DNA of 59,795 nt from a virus (lineage: Duplodnaviria; Caudoviricetes). Position 1 is the first letter of the stretch, and each line of letters opens with the position of its first letter. Made by a program: the position numbers and the translations under genes. The notes beneath the pieces were generated by a model, which searched no databases, was not told where the DNA came from, and saw only the letters and a program-made list of their open reading frames with translations. The stretch covers positions 1-59,795 of the IMG/VR virus record IMGVR_UViG_3300045135_002103. One strand, given 5' to 3'. Below, one piece after another: positions 1-7,179 of this stretch.

Positions 1-1
1 C

Positions 2-316
2 GGTAGGAAATACTTCTGGTCATTTAGAAAACCTCCCGGTAAAAAACGTCGAGTAAAAAAAGAATCTGATTGGAAAAAGTATTATGGGTCTTGTCCGGAA
101 CTTAAAGAAGACATTGAACAATTTGGCAGACAAAATTTTAGTAGAACTATCCTGTCACTACATAAAACACCTGGCAAAACAAACTACGAAGAGACAAGAC
201 AACTCTTCACCAACAACGTCCTCACCGAATCACTTGACAAGGGAGTCCCCAGATACTACAATAGTAACATCCTCAGCAGATACTTCCGAAAAGATTATTA
301 TGAAGATGGAGACTGA
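2..316 (+). CDS. 5'-truncated conserved T4-like protein, possibly GIY-YIG-like endonuclease
   Basis: Open frame not in the ORF track: GRKYFWSFRKPPGKKRRVKKESDWKKYYGSCPELKEDI...YYNSNILSRYFRKDYYEDGD*; GRKY and YYGS resemble the GIY-YIG-like family of large myoviruses. Confidence 0.6.
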   Translation, partial: GRKYFWSFRKPPGKKRRVKKESDWKKYYGSCPELKEDIEQFGRQNFSRTILSLHKTPGKTNYEETRQLFTNNVLTESLDKGVPRYYNSNILSRYFRKDYYEDGD

Positions 317-506
317 AGATATCATTGCCCATATTCGTAACTGGTCAATTGATACTATTCAAACAAAGAAGAATAGTGTTGAAGATCAGATTGCTATCAT
401 GGAAGAATTCTATGAATGGCTCAGTCCAGACGATGATGATTTAGAAATTGTTTCTTTGGAAGAAATAACTGAAGAAGAATACGAAGACTTTATTGAACGG
501 GGTTGA
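300..506 (+). CDS. hypothetical acidic protein
   Basis: 3' part of track ORF 84..506; ATG at 300 overlaps the end of the preceding gene. Confidence 0.6.
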   Translation: MKMETEDIIAHIRNWSIDTIQTKKNSVEDQIAIMEEFYEWLSPDDDDLEIVSLEEITEEEYEDFIERG

Positions 507-516
507 CACCCCCTTT

Positions 517-589
517 GGGTCAGTAGCATAATGGATAATGCCCCCGCCTTCTAAGCGGTAGATTGTAGGTTCGAGTCCTACCTGACCTG
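517..589 (+). tRNA. tRNA-Arg(UCU)
   Basis: Acceptor GGGTCAG/CTGACCT, anticodon loop CTTCTAA, T-loop GTTCGAGTC. Confidence 0.93.
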
Positions 590-606
590 TTACCTAAATA
601 TGTGGT

Positions 607-1107
607 ATGAAAATAGGATTTAACTGTAGTTCATTTGATTTATTTCATGCTGGGCATGTCACTATGCTTAAAATGGAAAAGGAAAAATGTGACTATTTAA
701 AAGTTGCTCTTCAGGTTGACCCAACTATTGATAGACCTGGAGTTAAAAATAAACCAACTCAAACTGTTTATGAAAGATTTGTTCAACTTCAAGGTTGTAA
801 GTATGTTGATGAAATTTTAGTATATGAGACTGAAGCAGATCTGCTAAATCTTATTAAGACTCAGACTATTCACATTAGGTTTTTGAGTGAAGAATATAAA
901 GATAAAGATTTCACTGGTAAGCAGTATTGCATTGATAATGGAATTGAATTATTCTTTCACTTGAGAAGGCATCAATACTCTTCAACTGAACTTCGCAATA
1001 GGGTTCATGATCTTGAAGAGATGAAAAGAAATGAGAAAGAACAGTCAAACGATGAGCAGTATTCTCCAAAACTTTTAGAAAAGTACAAACTTGACAATAA
1101 ACAATAA
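607..1107 (+). CDS. cytidylyltransferase (TagD/glycerol-3-phosphate cytidylyltransferase-like)
   Basis: FDLFHAGH (HxGH) and YSSTELR motifs; late-type CTAAATA upstream. Confidence 0.85.
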   Translation: MKIGFNCSSFDLFHAGHVTMLKMEKEKCDYLKVALQVDPTIDRPGVKNKPTQTVYERFVQLQGCKYVDEILVYETEADLLNLIKTQTIHIRFLSEEYKDKDFTGKQYCIDNGIELFFHLRRHQYSSTELRNRVHDLEEMKRNEKEQSNDEQYSPKLLEKYKLDNKQ

Positions 1108-1119
1108 ATCTATTATATT
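1091..1119 (+). promoter_or_regulatory. sigma70-type promoter
   Basis: TTGACA followed by TATTAT/TATATT upstream of a hairpin RNA and tRNA-Gly. Confidence 0.6.
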
Positions 1120-1126
1120 ATGATTT

Positions 1127-1172
1127 GGGCGTCGAGAGAGACCACCACCACCTCCTCTCTTGTGTAAGTCCC
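1127..1172 (+). ncRNA. putative small hairpin RNA with C-rich loop
   Basis: GGGC/GTCC and CGAGAGAG/CTCTCTTG stems enclosing ACCACCACCACCTC. Confidence 0.45.
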
Positions 1173-1177
1173 GCACT

Positions 1178-1249
1178 GCGGAGTTAGTTCAGCGGTAGAA
1201 CGCTATCCTTCCAAGTTAGATGTCGTCGGTTCGATTCCGATACTCCGCT
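1178..1249 (+). tRNA. tRNA-Gly(UCC)
   Basis: Acceptor GCGGAGT/ACTCCGC, anticodon loop CTTCCAA, GGTTCGATTCC. Confidence 0.93.
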
Positions 1250-1275
1250 TGTCCTTCGGGACACACAATAATTCA

Positions 1276-1347
1276 GGGTGAATGGCGCAGCGGTAGCGCA
1301 GTAGATTTACATTCTATTGGTCGGGGGTTCGAATCCCTCTTCACCCA
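1276..1347 (+). tRNA. tRNA-Val(UAC)
   Basis: Acceptor GGGTGAA/TTCACCC, anticodon loop TTTACAT, GGTTCGAATCC. Confidence 0.92.
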
Positions 1348-1370
1348 TTCCTTAAGGAGACCTATGACCC

Positions 1371-1619
1371 ATGATTATCGTCAGATGCAAAGACTGCAAC
1401 ACAGAGTTAAAAAGCAATAATAAAACACAAGTATGTGGTTGTCCAAACATGATGACAGTTACTGGAGACAAAGTAACAGCACTTGATTTAAATAGAGTTG
1501 TAATGATAAACTCTATGAAGAAAGAACAAAAAGAAAACGTTCTATCTAATAGTGACCTTGCATATCAAGAAGCAAGGAGACGGCGTAAAGTTCGTAAGTT
1601 GGACTTTGATGTCCGATAA
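1371..1619 (+). CDS. hypothetical zinc-ribbon protein
   Basis: CKDC...CGCPN; AAGGAG RBS upstream. Confidence 0.7.
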   Translation: MIIVRCKDCNTELKSNNKTQVCGCPNMMTVTGDKVTALDLNRVVMINSMKKEQKENVLSNSDLAYQEARRRRKVRKLDFDVR

Positions 1620-1624
1620 CACCT

Positions 1625-1711
1625 GGAGAGGTGGCAGAGCGGTTTAATGCATCAGTCTTGAAAACTGACGTGTCTTCACGGGCACCGTGGGTTCAAATCC
1701 CACCCTCTCCG
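1625..1711 (+). tRNA. tRNA-Ser(UGA)
   Basis: GGAGAGG/CCTCTCC acceptor, TCAGT-CTTGAAA-ACTGA anticodon arm, long variable arm. Confidence 0.94.
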
Positions 1712-1771
1712 TTTTATAAAGAAATACTTAAGAAGTATTGTGTCATCTATATACAAATATATGTAAAACTA

Positions 1772-1990
1772 ATGGTATTGTTTTATCTTATTATCCTGAC
1801 ATTTATTGCTTTAGTAGCATATGTCGGTTATGATGTAACCATGCGGTTAATAGCATATATTGATATTGTCATTAGACATAAAATAGTGCTACTTAAGTTG
1901 TGGTTTATGAGAATAAAATTAGAAGCACGTCTTGAGAAAGAATCTGCATACTACAAAAAACTCATAGAGGAAACCAAAAATGACCGATGA
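1772..1990 (+). CDS. hypothetical membrane protein
   Basis: Track ORF trimmed to the ATG after tRNA-Ser; N-terminal hydrophobic helix. Confidence 0.6.
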   Translation: MVLFYLIILTFIALVAYVGYDVTMRLIAYIDIVIRHKIVLLKLWFMRIKLEARLEKESAYYKKLIEETKNDR

Positions 1991-2267
1991 CAGAGAACTG
2001 TCTGATCTAAAACTAGATAGAAAAGAATGTGAAAAATGTGGTGCAATTTGGATCAACGGACAGCATATTTGGGGAGGAACTGGTAACACAAGTGAGAATA
2101 GTGAACTAGATCTTGCGGGTTTGGTTTGTAATAAACTTGGAAACCATCAATGCATAAACCCCAAAAAAGGACAAGATGGTGGACAGACTTGGGAATATAG
2201 ATCGGGATATATTGAAGGCAAGATTGATGAGCGTAAAAAAATATTAAAAGAAATGAACGACCTCTGA
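1980..2267 (+). CDS. hypothetical Cys-rich protein
   Basis: CEKC...LVCN...CINP; overlaps the previous stop. Confidence 0.7.
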   Translation: MTDDRELSDLKLDRKECEKCGAIWINGQHIWGGTGNTSENSELDLAGLVCNKLGNHQCINPKKGQDGGQTWEYRSGYIEGKIDERKKILKEMNDL

Positions 2268-2282
2268 TAGGGACAAGAACCT

Positions 2283-2399
2283 ATGGACAAAGACGAAAAG
2301 AGGGAGTTTTATAAACAACTCCGAGAACGAATAAAGCAACTTAGAATGCAACATTTGTTTGAAGAACCCTGTCCATTATATGAAGAAGATGAAGAATGA
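2283..2399 (+). CDS. hypothetical 38-aa protein
   Basis: MDKDEKREFYKQLRERIKQLRMQHLFEEPCPLYEEDEE*, ATGA-coupled to the next ORF. Confidence 0.5.
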   Translation: MDKDEKREFYKQLRERIKQLRMQHLFEEPCPLYEEDEE

Positions 2400-2605
2400 A
2401 ATCTTTAATTCTTATTGCTTGTTTATCACCAATTGCAATCATATGGATTGTAATGAAGTTAAGTGTATTGCTGTTCTCAGCAAACGATGAACGAAAGTAT
2501 GTCAGAGCAGAATCCAAAAAACCACACGGACCTTATGTGGCAGACGCATATGCAGATGTTGACGAAGAGGAAGAGGAGTATGGAGATCGCACAGATTATC
2601 GATGA
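2396..2605 (+). CDS. hypothetical membrane protein
   Basis: Track ORF; N-terminal TM segment and acidic tail. Confidence 0.6.
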   Translation: MKSLILIACLSPIAIIWIVMKLSVLLFSANDERKYVRAESKKPHGPYVADAYADVDEEEEEYGDRTDYR

Positions 2606-2726
2606 ATCATTATTCAGATATTATTCTGACTTGGAAAAACCTGTTCCTCAATGGAGAAAAAACAAAGATCCAGATTGGTGGATTGAATATCTAGAAGATC
2701 TTGGAATTGATAGGAGAAACCCATGA
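2580..2726 (+). CDS. hypothetical protein
   Basis: 3' part of track ORF 2463..2726, starting after GAGGAG. Confidence 0.5.
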   Translation: MEIAQIIDESLFRYYSDLEKPVPQWRKNKDPDWWIEYLEDLGIDRRNP

Positions 2727-2805
2727 CTTTATTGTTTTTATTTGCTTTTATTTCGTTGCTTATTGCTGGAATGCAACTAACATGGCCAGGTCGATATAGA
2801 GGATA

Positions 2806-2964
2806 ATGCATCATATTCAACTGTTCGTTAGGTCTGTAATGCAAACCCCTTGGTGCCTTGGACTCATGGGTTTTTTTCTTGTGTTTGTTCCTATCATTGG
2901 TATGCATTTAATTCATAAGTATGGATGGGAACACTGGGAACCATTTGACAAGAAACACAAGTAG
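2806..2964 (+). CDS. small membrane protein
   Basis: MHHIQLFVRSVMQTPWCLGLMGFFLVFVPIIGMHLIHKYGWEHWEPFDKKHK*, coupled by TAATG to a 27-aa hydrophobic ORF at 2723..2806. Confidence 0.5.
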   Translation: MHHIQLFVRSVMQTPWCLGLMGFFLVFVPIIGMHLIHKYGWEHWEPFDKKHK

Positions 2965-2977
2965 TGTTATATTATAT

Positions 2978-3050
2978 GGGTGGTTGAGAGACCACTGCGG
3001 TAGTTCCCTTCGGTAGGTTCAGAACTAGCGGCGATAGGAACCTATCACCA
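2978..3050 (+). ncRNA. putative pseudoknotted small RNA
   Basis: Follows a TTGACA-N17-TATATT promoter; GTGGT/ACCAC hairpin, then TAGTTC/GAACTA crossed by GGTAGGTTC/GAACCTATC; ends in ACCA. Confidence 0.55.
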
Positions 3051-3056
3051 TTTTAA

Positions 3057-3087
3057 AGGTTCAAACCTCATAAATAGGTTTGAACCT
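3057..3087 (+). promoter_or_regulatory. late promoter inside a 12-bp hairpin upstream of the HNH gene
   Basis: AGGTTCAAACCT-CATAAAT-AGGTTTGAACCT perfect inverted repeat with the ATAAATA late motif in the loop. Confidence 0.7.
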
Positions 3088-3097
3088 ATTTGATATT

Positions 3098-3418
3098 ATG
3101 CCAGCAAAAAACCCAAAAGAATACGCATCCAAGCACTACCAAGAAAATAAATCTAAGTATGCTGCTGCTGGTAAGGCAGCACGACAGCGTGTTAAGGAAT
3201 GGTATAATGGAATTATGGAAGACCACTCTTGTGAAAAGTGTGGTGAATCCGATACTGTGGTGCTAGAATGGCATCATATCGACCCCTCAAAAAAAGACAT
3301 GTCAATTGCTGATATGCTCTCTCGCAGGGGTCGCAAAACTATCTTGGAAGAGATAGATAAATGTATGTGTTTGTGTGCTAATTGCCATAGACGTTTACAC
3401 CACGAACTCCGGATTTAG
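3098..3418 (+). CDS. HNH endonuclease (free-standing, probable homing endonuclease)
   Basis: CEKC...LEWHHID...LCANCHRRLH; stop lies inside the 5' end of tRNA-Pro. Confidence 0.85.
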   Translation: MPAKNPKEYASKHYQENKSKYAAAGKAARQRVKEWYNGIMEDHSCEKCGESDTVVLEWHHIDPSKKDMSIADMLSRRGRKTILEEIDKCMCLCANCHRRLHHELRI

Positions 3419-3482
3419 CGCAGTTTGGTAGCGCACTTCACTTGGGCTGAAGGGGTCGGGGGTTCAAATCCCTCAATCCGGA
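3409..3482 (+). tRNA. tRNA-Pro(UGG)
   Basis: CCGGATT/AATCCGG acceptor, CTTCA-CTTGGGC-TGAAG anticodon arm. Confidence 0.92.
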
Positions 3483-3502
3483 CTTACTAAATATCCGTAA
3501 CG

Positions 3503-3670
3503 ATGAAGATTTATTCTGTGGAACACTGGCAAGAGAACTGGGAAGAACTGATGGAAAGAGTTGAGAAGGGAGAACATATTGGGGTGACAAACGGAGAAAA
3601 TACTGCTATAATGATGCCTGCGGATGATGAACTCATACGCATGTATACAGACCACGAAGAAGGTTCTTAA
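3503..3670 (+). CDS. 55-aa protein, Phd/YefM antitoxin-like
   Basis: MKIYSVEHWQENWEELMERVEKGEHIGVTNGENTAIMMP pattern; CTAAATA late promoter upstream; below the ORF-track cutoff. Confidence 0.55.
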   Translation: MKIYSVEHWQENWEELMERVEKGEHIGVTNGENTAIMMPADDELIRMYTDHEEGS

Positions 3671-3745
3671 GGGACTGTCGCCTAATGGTTAAGGCCCACT
3701 GCTTATAACGGTGTGATCTGGGTTCAATCCCCAGCAGTCCTACCA
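3671..3745 (+). tRNA. tRNA-Ile(UAU) with encoded CCA
   Basis: GGGACTG/CAGTCCT acceptor, CACTG-CTTATAA-CGGTG anticodon arm, ACCA end. Confidence 0.9.
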
Positions 3746-3818
3746 GCAGGTTTAGCAATCTGGCGAATGCAGCAAACTCATAATTTGCCTAAGGTGAGTT
3801 CGATCCTCACAACCTGCA
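3746..3818 (+). tRNA. tRNA with CAU anticodon (elongator Met or Ile2)
   Basis: GCAGGTT/AACCTGC acceptor, GCAAA-CTCATAA-TTTGC; lacks the initiator GGG/CCC anticodon stem. Confidence 0.88.
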
Positions 3819-3870
3819 CTTGACGGTTCTCCGTCAAACCCTTATAATACTAAGGTCAACAAACAAGACA

Positions 3871-4086
3871 ATGACACTTACAGAAAAATTCAAGAAAGAC
3901 ATTCAAACCCTTCGTGGTGCAGCAAATGGTGAACTGTTCCTTGATGTAAAGAACCCGAAACTTTTCAAAAAGGTTCGACGCTATTATGAAAATGCTGGTG
4001 TTGTATTCTCTGGTGATCCTCTTGATGATTATGAAATCTTGATGGAGTATCTGTATAATGATCTTGAAACTGTTGAGGTTAGTTGA
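3871..4086 (+). CDS. conserved cyanophage hypothetical protein
   Basis: Track ORF trimmed to ATG; TTGACG-N17-TATAAT promoter at 3820-3848. Confidence 0.7.
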   Translation: MTLTEKFKKDIQTLRGAANGELFLDVKNPKLFKKVRRYYENAGVVFSGDPLDDYEILMEYLYNDLETVEVS

Positions 4087-4325
4087 TGAAAGTTCTTCTT
4101 GAACGTTTCCCCTATCGTTATGTTGAGTCTGGCACACTAGAAAATGGTATGCCAGACTATCGCATTCAGAAAGCAAATAGTTGGACTAAACGATACAGTG
4201 ACATGTATTTGCTTGACAACAAAATGCAACTTATGACTGCGATTGATGACTTTGAGTACACTAAATGGTTAGATCCTGAAGGTGTACCTTGTTACATCAA
4301 AGACTCGGTATCGTCTCAAAACTAG
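4083..4325 (+). CDS. conserved cyanophage hypothetical protein
   Basis: Track ORF coupled to the upstream stop. Confidence 0.7.
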   Translation: MMKVLLERFPYRYVESGTLENGMPDYRIQKANSWTKRYSDMYLLDNKMQLMTAIDDFEYTKWLDPEGVPCYIKDSVSSQN

Positions 4326-4345
4326 CCCTGGTCGGGATACCCCCT
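4301..4345 (+). ncRNA. manA-like RNA module A
   Basis: AGAC-TCGGTATC-GTCT hairpin + AAAAC + CCCTGGTCGGGA; parallels module B. Confidence 0.5.
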
Positions 4346-4358
4346 TATTTTAGATAGT

Positions 4359-4571
4359 ATGATTGAATTTGATGACATTGAACTCCTACAACTTAAGTTT
4401 TGTATGAGTGAAACTAAAAAAATGATGGCTCACCCCAGTGAGCATGAACGTCATGCATCTATTAGTAAAAAAGTAGATGATGAGATGGAACGACGTAAAC
4501 AAGCAACTGGAGCATATACACGCGAAGGTTTGTTGCGTCAACTTGAGGAAGACATCAAACGTCTTTCATAG
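4359..4571 (+). CDS. hypothetical protein
   Basis: Track ORF between RNA modules. Confidence 0.6.
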   Translation: MIEFDDIELLQLKFCMSETKKMMAHPSEHERHASISKKVDDEMERRKQATGAYTREGLLRQLEEDIKRLS

Positions 4572-4615
4572 TCACGGAAGGACTAAAACAGTACTGGTGG
4601 AGTCATAAAGACCCT
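4570..4615 (+). ncRNA. manA-like RNA module B
   Basis: AGTC-ACGGAAG-GACT hairpin + AAAAC + CTGGTGGAGTC...GAC. Confidence 0.5.
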
Positions 4616-4652
4616 CTTAAAACTAAATAAAAAAAGAGTTCAATTTTTAAAT

Positions 4653-4853
4653 ATGGCAACCAAAGGAACCGCAGCAAAATCAACAACTGGCGCTGCAATG
4701 TCAAAATATGATGTTGAAGTGGAAGGAAGACTTCAAAAACTCGAAGCAATTGCTCATGAAAAATGTGATGCTGGTGGTGGTGTAAGTCCAGAACTTGAAG
4801 CAAAAATTGAAGAGTTATACCAATGGTATCTTTCAGTAAAGGCAAGAGTTTGA
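4653..4853 (+). CDS. hypothetical protein
   Basis: Track ORF; CTAAATA late promoter at about 4623. Confidence 0.65.
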   Translation: MATKGTAAKSTTGAAMSKYDVEVEGRLQKLEAIAHEKCDAGGGVSPELEAKIEELYQWYLSVKARV

Positions 4854-4855
4854 AA

Positions 4856-4940
4856 AAAGTTTCTTGCTTCTTTCAAGAGCAAGTGGTGCGGATGGAGGAA
4901 ACTCCCGCCCTGTTTCTTACTTCAGGTTAAAGAGTAAGTA
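4856..4940 (+). ncRNA. manA/wcaG-like RNA module C (two pseudoknots)
   Basis: AAAG/CTTT with CTTGCT/AGCAAG, then UGGUG; GGAG-GAAA-CTCC; CCTG/CAGG with CTTACT/AGTAAG. Confidence 0.6.
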
Positions 4941-4957
4941 CTTAGATTATACTTTCT

Positions 4958-5503
4958 ATGTTCCAAGTTCCTTTTTATCGAACAAATATTTCTAGATGGA
5001 GTGATCACAAAAAAGAAGTGATGTCTAAACTCTATAAAAATCTTGATGGATACATTGAGAAGCATGAGTGTATGACCACTTTTTTTAGTGAAACGAAAGA
5101 TTTAGATCTTCATCTTGAATTATTCAAACCGTTTTTAGATTTTATTAAATCAGATCTTGATGAGTTGAGGAAAATTGAGAGTATGTCTGGGGGATGTCCT
5201 ATGCCAGATATTACTGATATATGGTATCAATCATATACAAAACATCAGTATCATCAACTTCATAATCATGGATCTATTGGATGGTCCGCTATTTTCTATG
5301 CTACTTTTGATAAAAAAGAACATAAAGCAACTAGATTCTACTGTCCTTTTCCTGATGTATCAGGACGAACGATTAGTCATGAACCAGATGTGGATGAAGG
5401 TACATTGATTGTCTTTCCCTCATATTTGCAACATGAGGTAAGATATTCATTGAGTGATAAAAAACGTGTTATCATTTCTTTTAATATGTCCCCATGGAAG
5501 TAG
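4958..5503 (+). CDS. putative 2OG-Fe(II) oxygenase
   Basis: HNH...FPSYLQHEV...RVIISFN, typical of cyanophage 2OG-Fe(II) oxygenases. Confidence 0.75.
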   Translation: MFQVPFYRTNISRWSDHKKEVMSKLYKNLDGYIEKHECMTTFFSETKDLDLHLELFKPFLDFIKSDLDELRKIESMSGGCPMPDITDIWYQSYTKHQYHQLHNHGSIGWSAIFYATFDKKEHKATRFYCPFPDVSGRTISHEPDVDEGTLIVFPSYLQHEVRYSLSDKKRVIISFNMSPWK

Positions 5504-5550
5504 TTTGTTTTCCTGTTTTCCAACTAAACTAAAACAGGTGGCGTGCATGA
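5501..5550 (+). ncRNA. wcaG-like RNA module D (pseudoknot + UGGCG)
   Basis: CCTGTTTT/AAAACAGG pairing followed by TGGCGTGCATG, upstream of an NDP-sugar epimerase. Confidence 0.55.
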
Positions 5551-5563
5551 AAAGACCTTATAG

Positions 5564-5598
5564 AGACCCTTGACACCAAGGGTCTTTTTTTGTATGAT
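5564..5598 (+). terminator. intrinsic terminator overlapping the sigma70 promoter of the sugar island
   Basis: AGACCCTT/AAGGGTCT + T-run; TTGACA(5570)-N17-TATGAT(5593). Confidence 0.7.
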
Positions 5599-5621
5599 AT
5601 ATAAGAAGAAAAAAATAAACT

Positions 5622-6665
5622 ATGTCTGAATATAGTAAGACAGCACTAGTTCTTGGTGCTGGTGGTTTCATTGGAAGCCATATGGTAAAACGTCTTCGTT
5701 CTGAGGGGTATTGGGTTCGTGGTGTTGATTTGAAGCACACTGAATTTGAAGTGTCTGAAGCAAATGAATTCATTACAGGAGATCTTCGTGATACAGATTT
5801 TGTTCGTCGATGCATTCGTTTTACTGGACATCTTGGCAATTTCTATCAGGATATTGTAGATAAGTTTGCAAAACCTTTTGATGAGATTTATCAGTTTGCT
5901 GCTGATATGGGCGGTGCAGGTTTTGTTTTCACTGGTGAGAACGATGCGGACATCATGCACAACTCTGTTCAAATTAATTTAAACGTTCTTGAAGAGCAAC
6001 GTAAGTTTAATGAAACTGTAGGAAATAAGACTAAGATTTTTTATTCTGGTTCTGCTTGCATGTATCCAGAGCATAATCAACTTGATCCTGATAACCCAGA
6101 TTGCCGTGAAGATTCAGCATATCCAGCAAACCCCGACTCTGAGTATGGATGGGAGAAACTTTTCAGTGAGCGACTCTACCTTGCATACAATCGGAACTAT
6201 GACATTTCTATTAGGATTGCTCGCTACCATAACATTTTTGGTCCTGAAGGAACCTGGAACGGTGGAAGAGAGAAAGCACCAGCTGCAATCTGCCGTAAAG
6301 TCGCCTATCTTCCTGAGACGGGTGGAGCAGTCGAGGTGTGGGGAGATGGCTTACAGACTCGTTCCTTCCTGTTCATTGACGAATGCATTGAAGCGACTCG
6401 ACGATTGATGGACTCTGAGTTCATTGGACCAGTAAACATTGGTTCGGAAGAAATGGTTACTATCAACGAACTTGTTGATACTGTATCAAAAGTGTCTGGA
6501 AAGACCGTACATAAAATTCATATTGATGGACCACTTGGTGTTCGTGGTCGCAATTCTAACAATGATCTTATCCGCGAAAAACTTGGATGGGATTACACTA
6601 TGACTCTCGAAGAGGGTATTCGTAAAACTTACAATTGGATTAATGATCAAATTAGTAATTCTTGA
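5622..6665 (+). CDS. NAD-dependent epimerase (GDP-mannose 3,5-epimerase-like)
   Basis: GAGGFIG, AADMGGAGF, YGWEK, GREKAPAAICRK, GVRGRNS. Confidence 0.9.
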   Translation: MSEYSKTALVLGAGGFIGSHMVKRLRSEGYWVRGVDLKHTEFEVSEANEFITGDLRDTDFVRRCIRFTGHLGNFYQDIVDKFAKPFDEIYQFAADMGGAGFVFTGENDADIMHNSVQINLNVLEEQRKFNETVGNKTKIFYSGSACMYPEHNQLDPDNPDCREDSAYPANPDSEYGWEKLFSERLYLAYNRNYDISIRIARYHNIFGPEGTWNGGREKAPAAICRKVAYLPETGGAVEVWGDGLQTRSFLFIDECIEATRRLMDSEFIGPVNIGSEEMVTINELVDTVSKVSGKTVHKIHIDGPLGVRGRNSNNDLIREKLGWDYTMTLEEGIRKTYNWINDQISNS

Positions 6666-7179
6666 TGTTGATGGCGTCATGACTGACGGTAAGAAGTATT
6701 ATGATCGTGACGGTAACGTTGTGATGAAAAACTTCTGCGATAAAGACTGGACTGCTATTAAACGTTTTCGTGCCATTGGTATTCCTGTTGTATTTTTGAC
6801 TGGAGATCCTTTCAATGCAACTATCCTAAAGAACAGGAATCTTCCATATGTTGTCAATAGAGGTGAGGGTTTTCACCGCGATAAAGTGAACTTCCTTGAT
6901 GATATTCTGAAAGAATATCAATGTGATGCTAAAGAAACTGTTTATGTTGGTGATGACCTTTTTGATATGGGAGTCATGAAAAAGATTAAGCATGTATATT
7001 GTCCCAGAGATACTCCTAGGTCAGTTCGGGAAATATCAAAAGTATTATCTGCAGAAGCTGGAAAGAACGTTATAATGCATTTGTTCGATACTCTTGAACT
7101 GCATGGTCTAATTCCTTTTGTGCCATATGAAGAAGTAATGGAAAAGATTTATGAACTTGACTTGAAGGAGAAGTTTTAA
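6643..7179 (+). CDS. HAD phosphatase, KdsC (KDO8P phosphatase)-like
   Basis: LDVDGVMTDG and YVGDDLFD motifs. Confidence 0.8.
   Translation: MIKLVILDVDGVMTDGKKYYDRDGNVVMKNFCDKDWTAIKRFRAIGIPVVFLTGDPFNATILKNRNLPYVVNRGEGFHRDKVNFLDDILKEYQCDAKETVYVGDDLFDMGVMKKIKHVYCPRDTPRSVREISKVLSAEAGKNVIMHLFDTLELHGLIPFVPYEEVMEKIYELDLKEKF

Noticed and set aside
84-299. N-terminal half of track ORF 84..506
   Set aside because: Overlaps a more convincing gene in another frame (2..316); the real start is likely 300.
1220-1420. 66-aa ORF
   Set aside because: Lies across tRNA-Gly and tRNA-Val.
1631-1771. N-terminal extension of ORF 1631..1990
   Set aside because: It is tRNA-Ser sequence read as codons.
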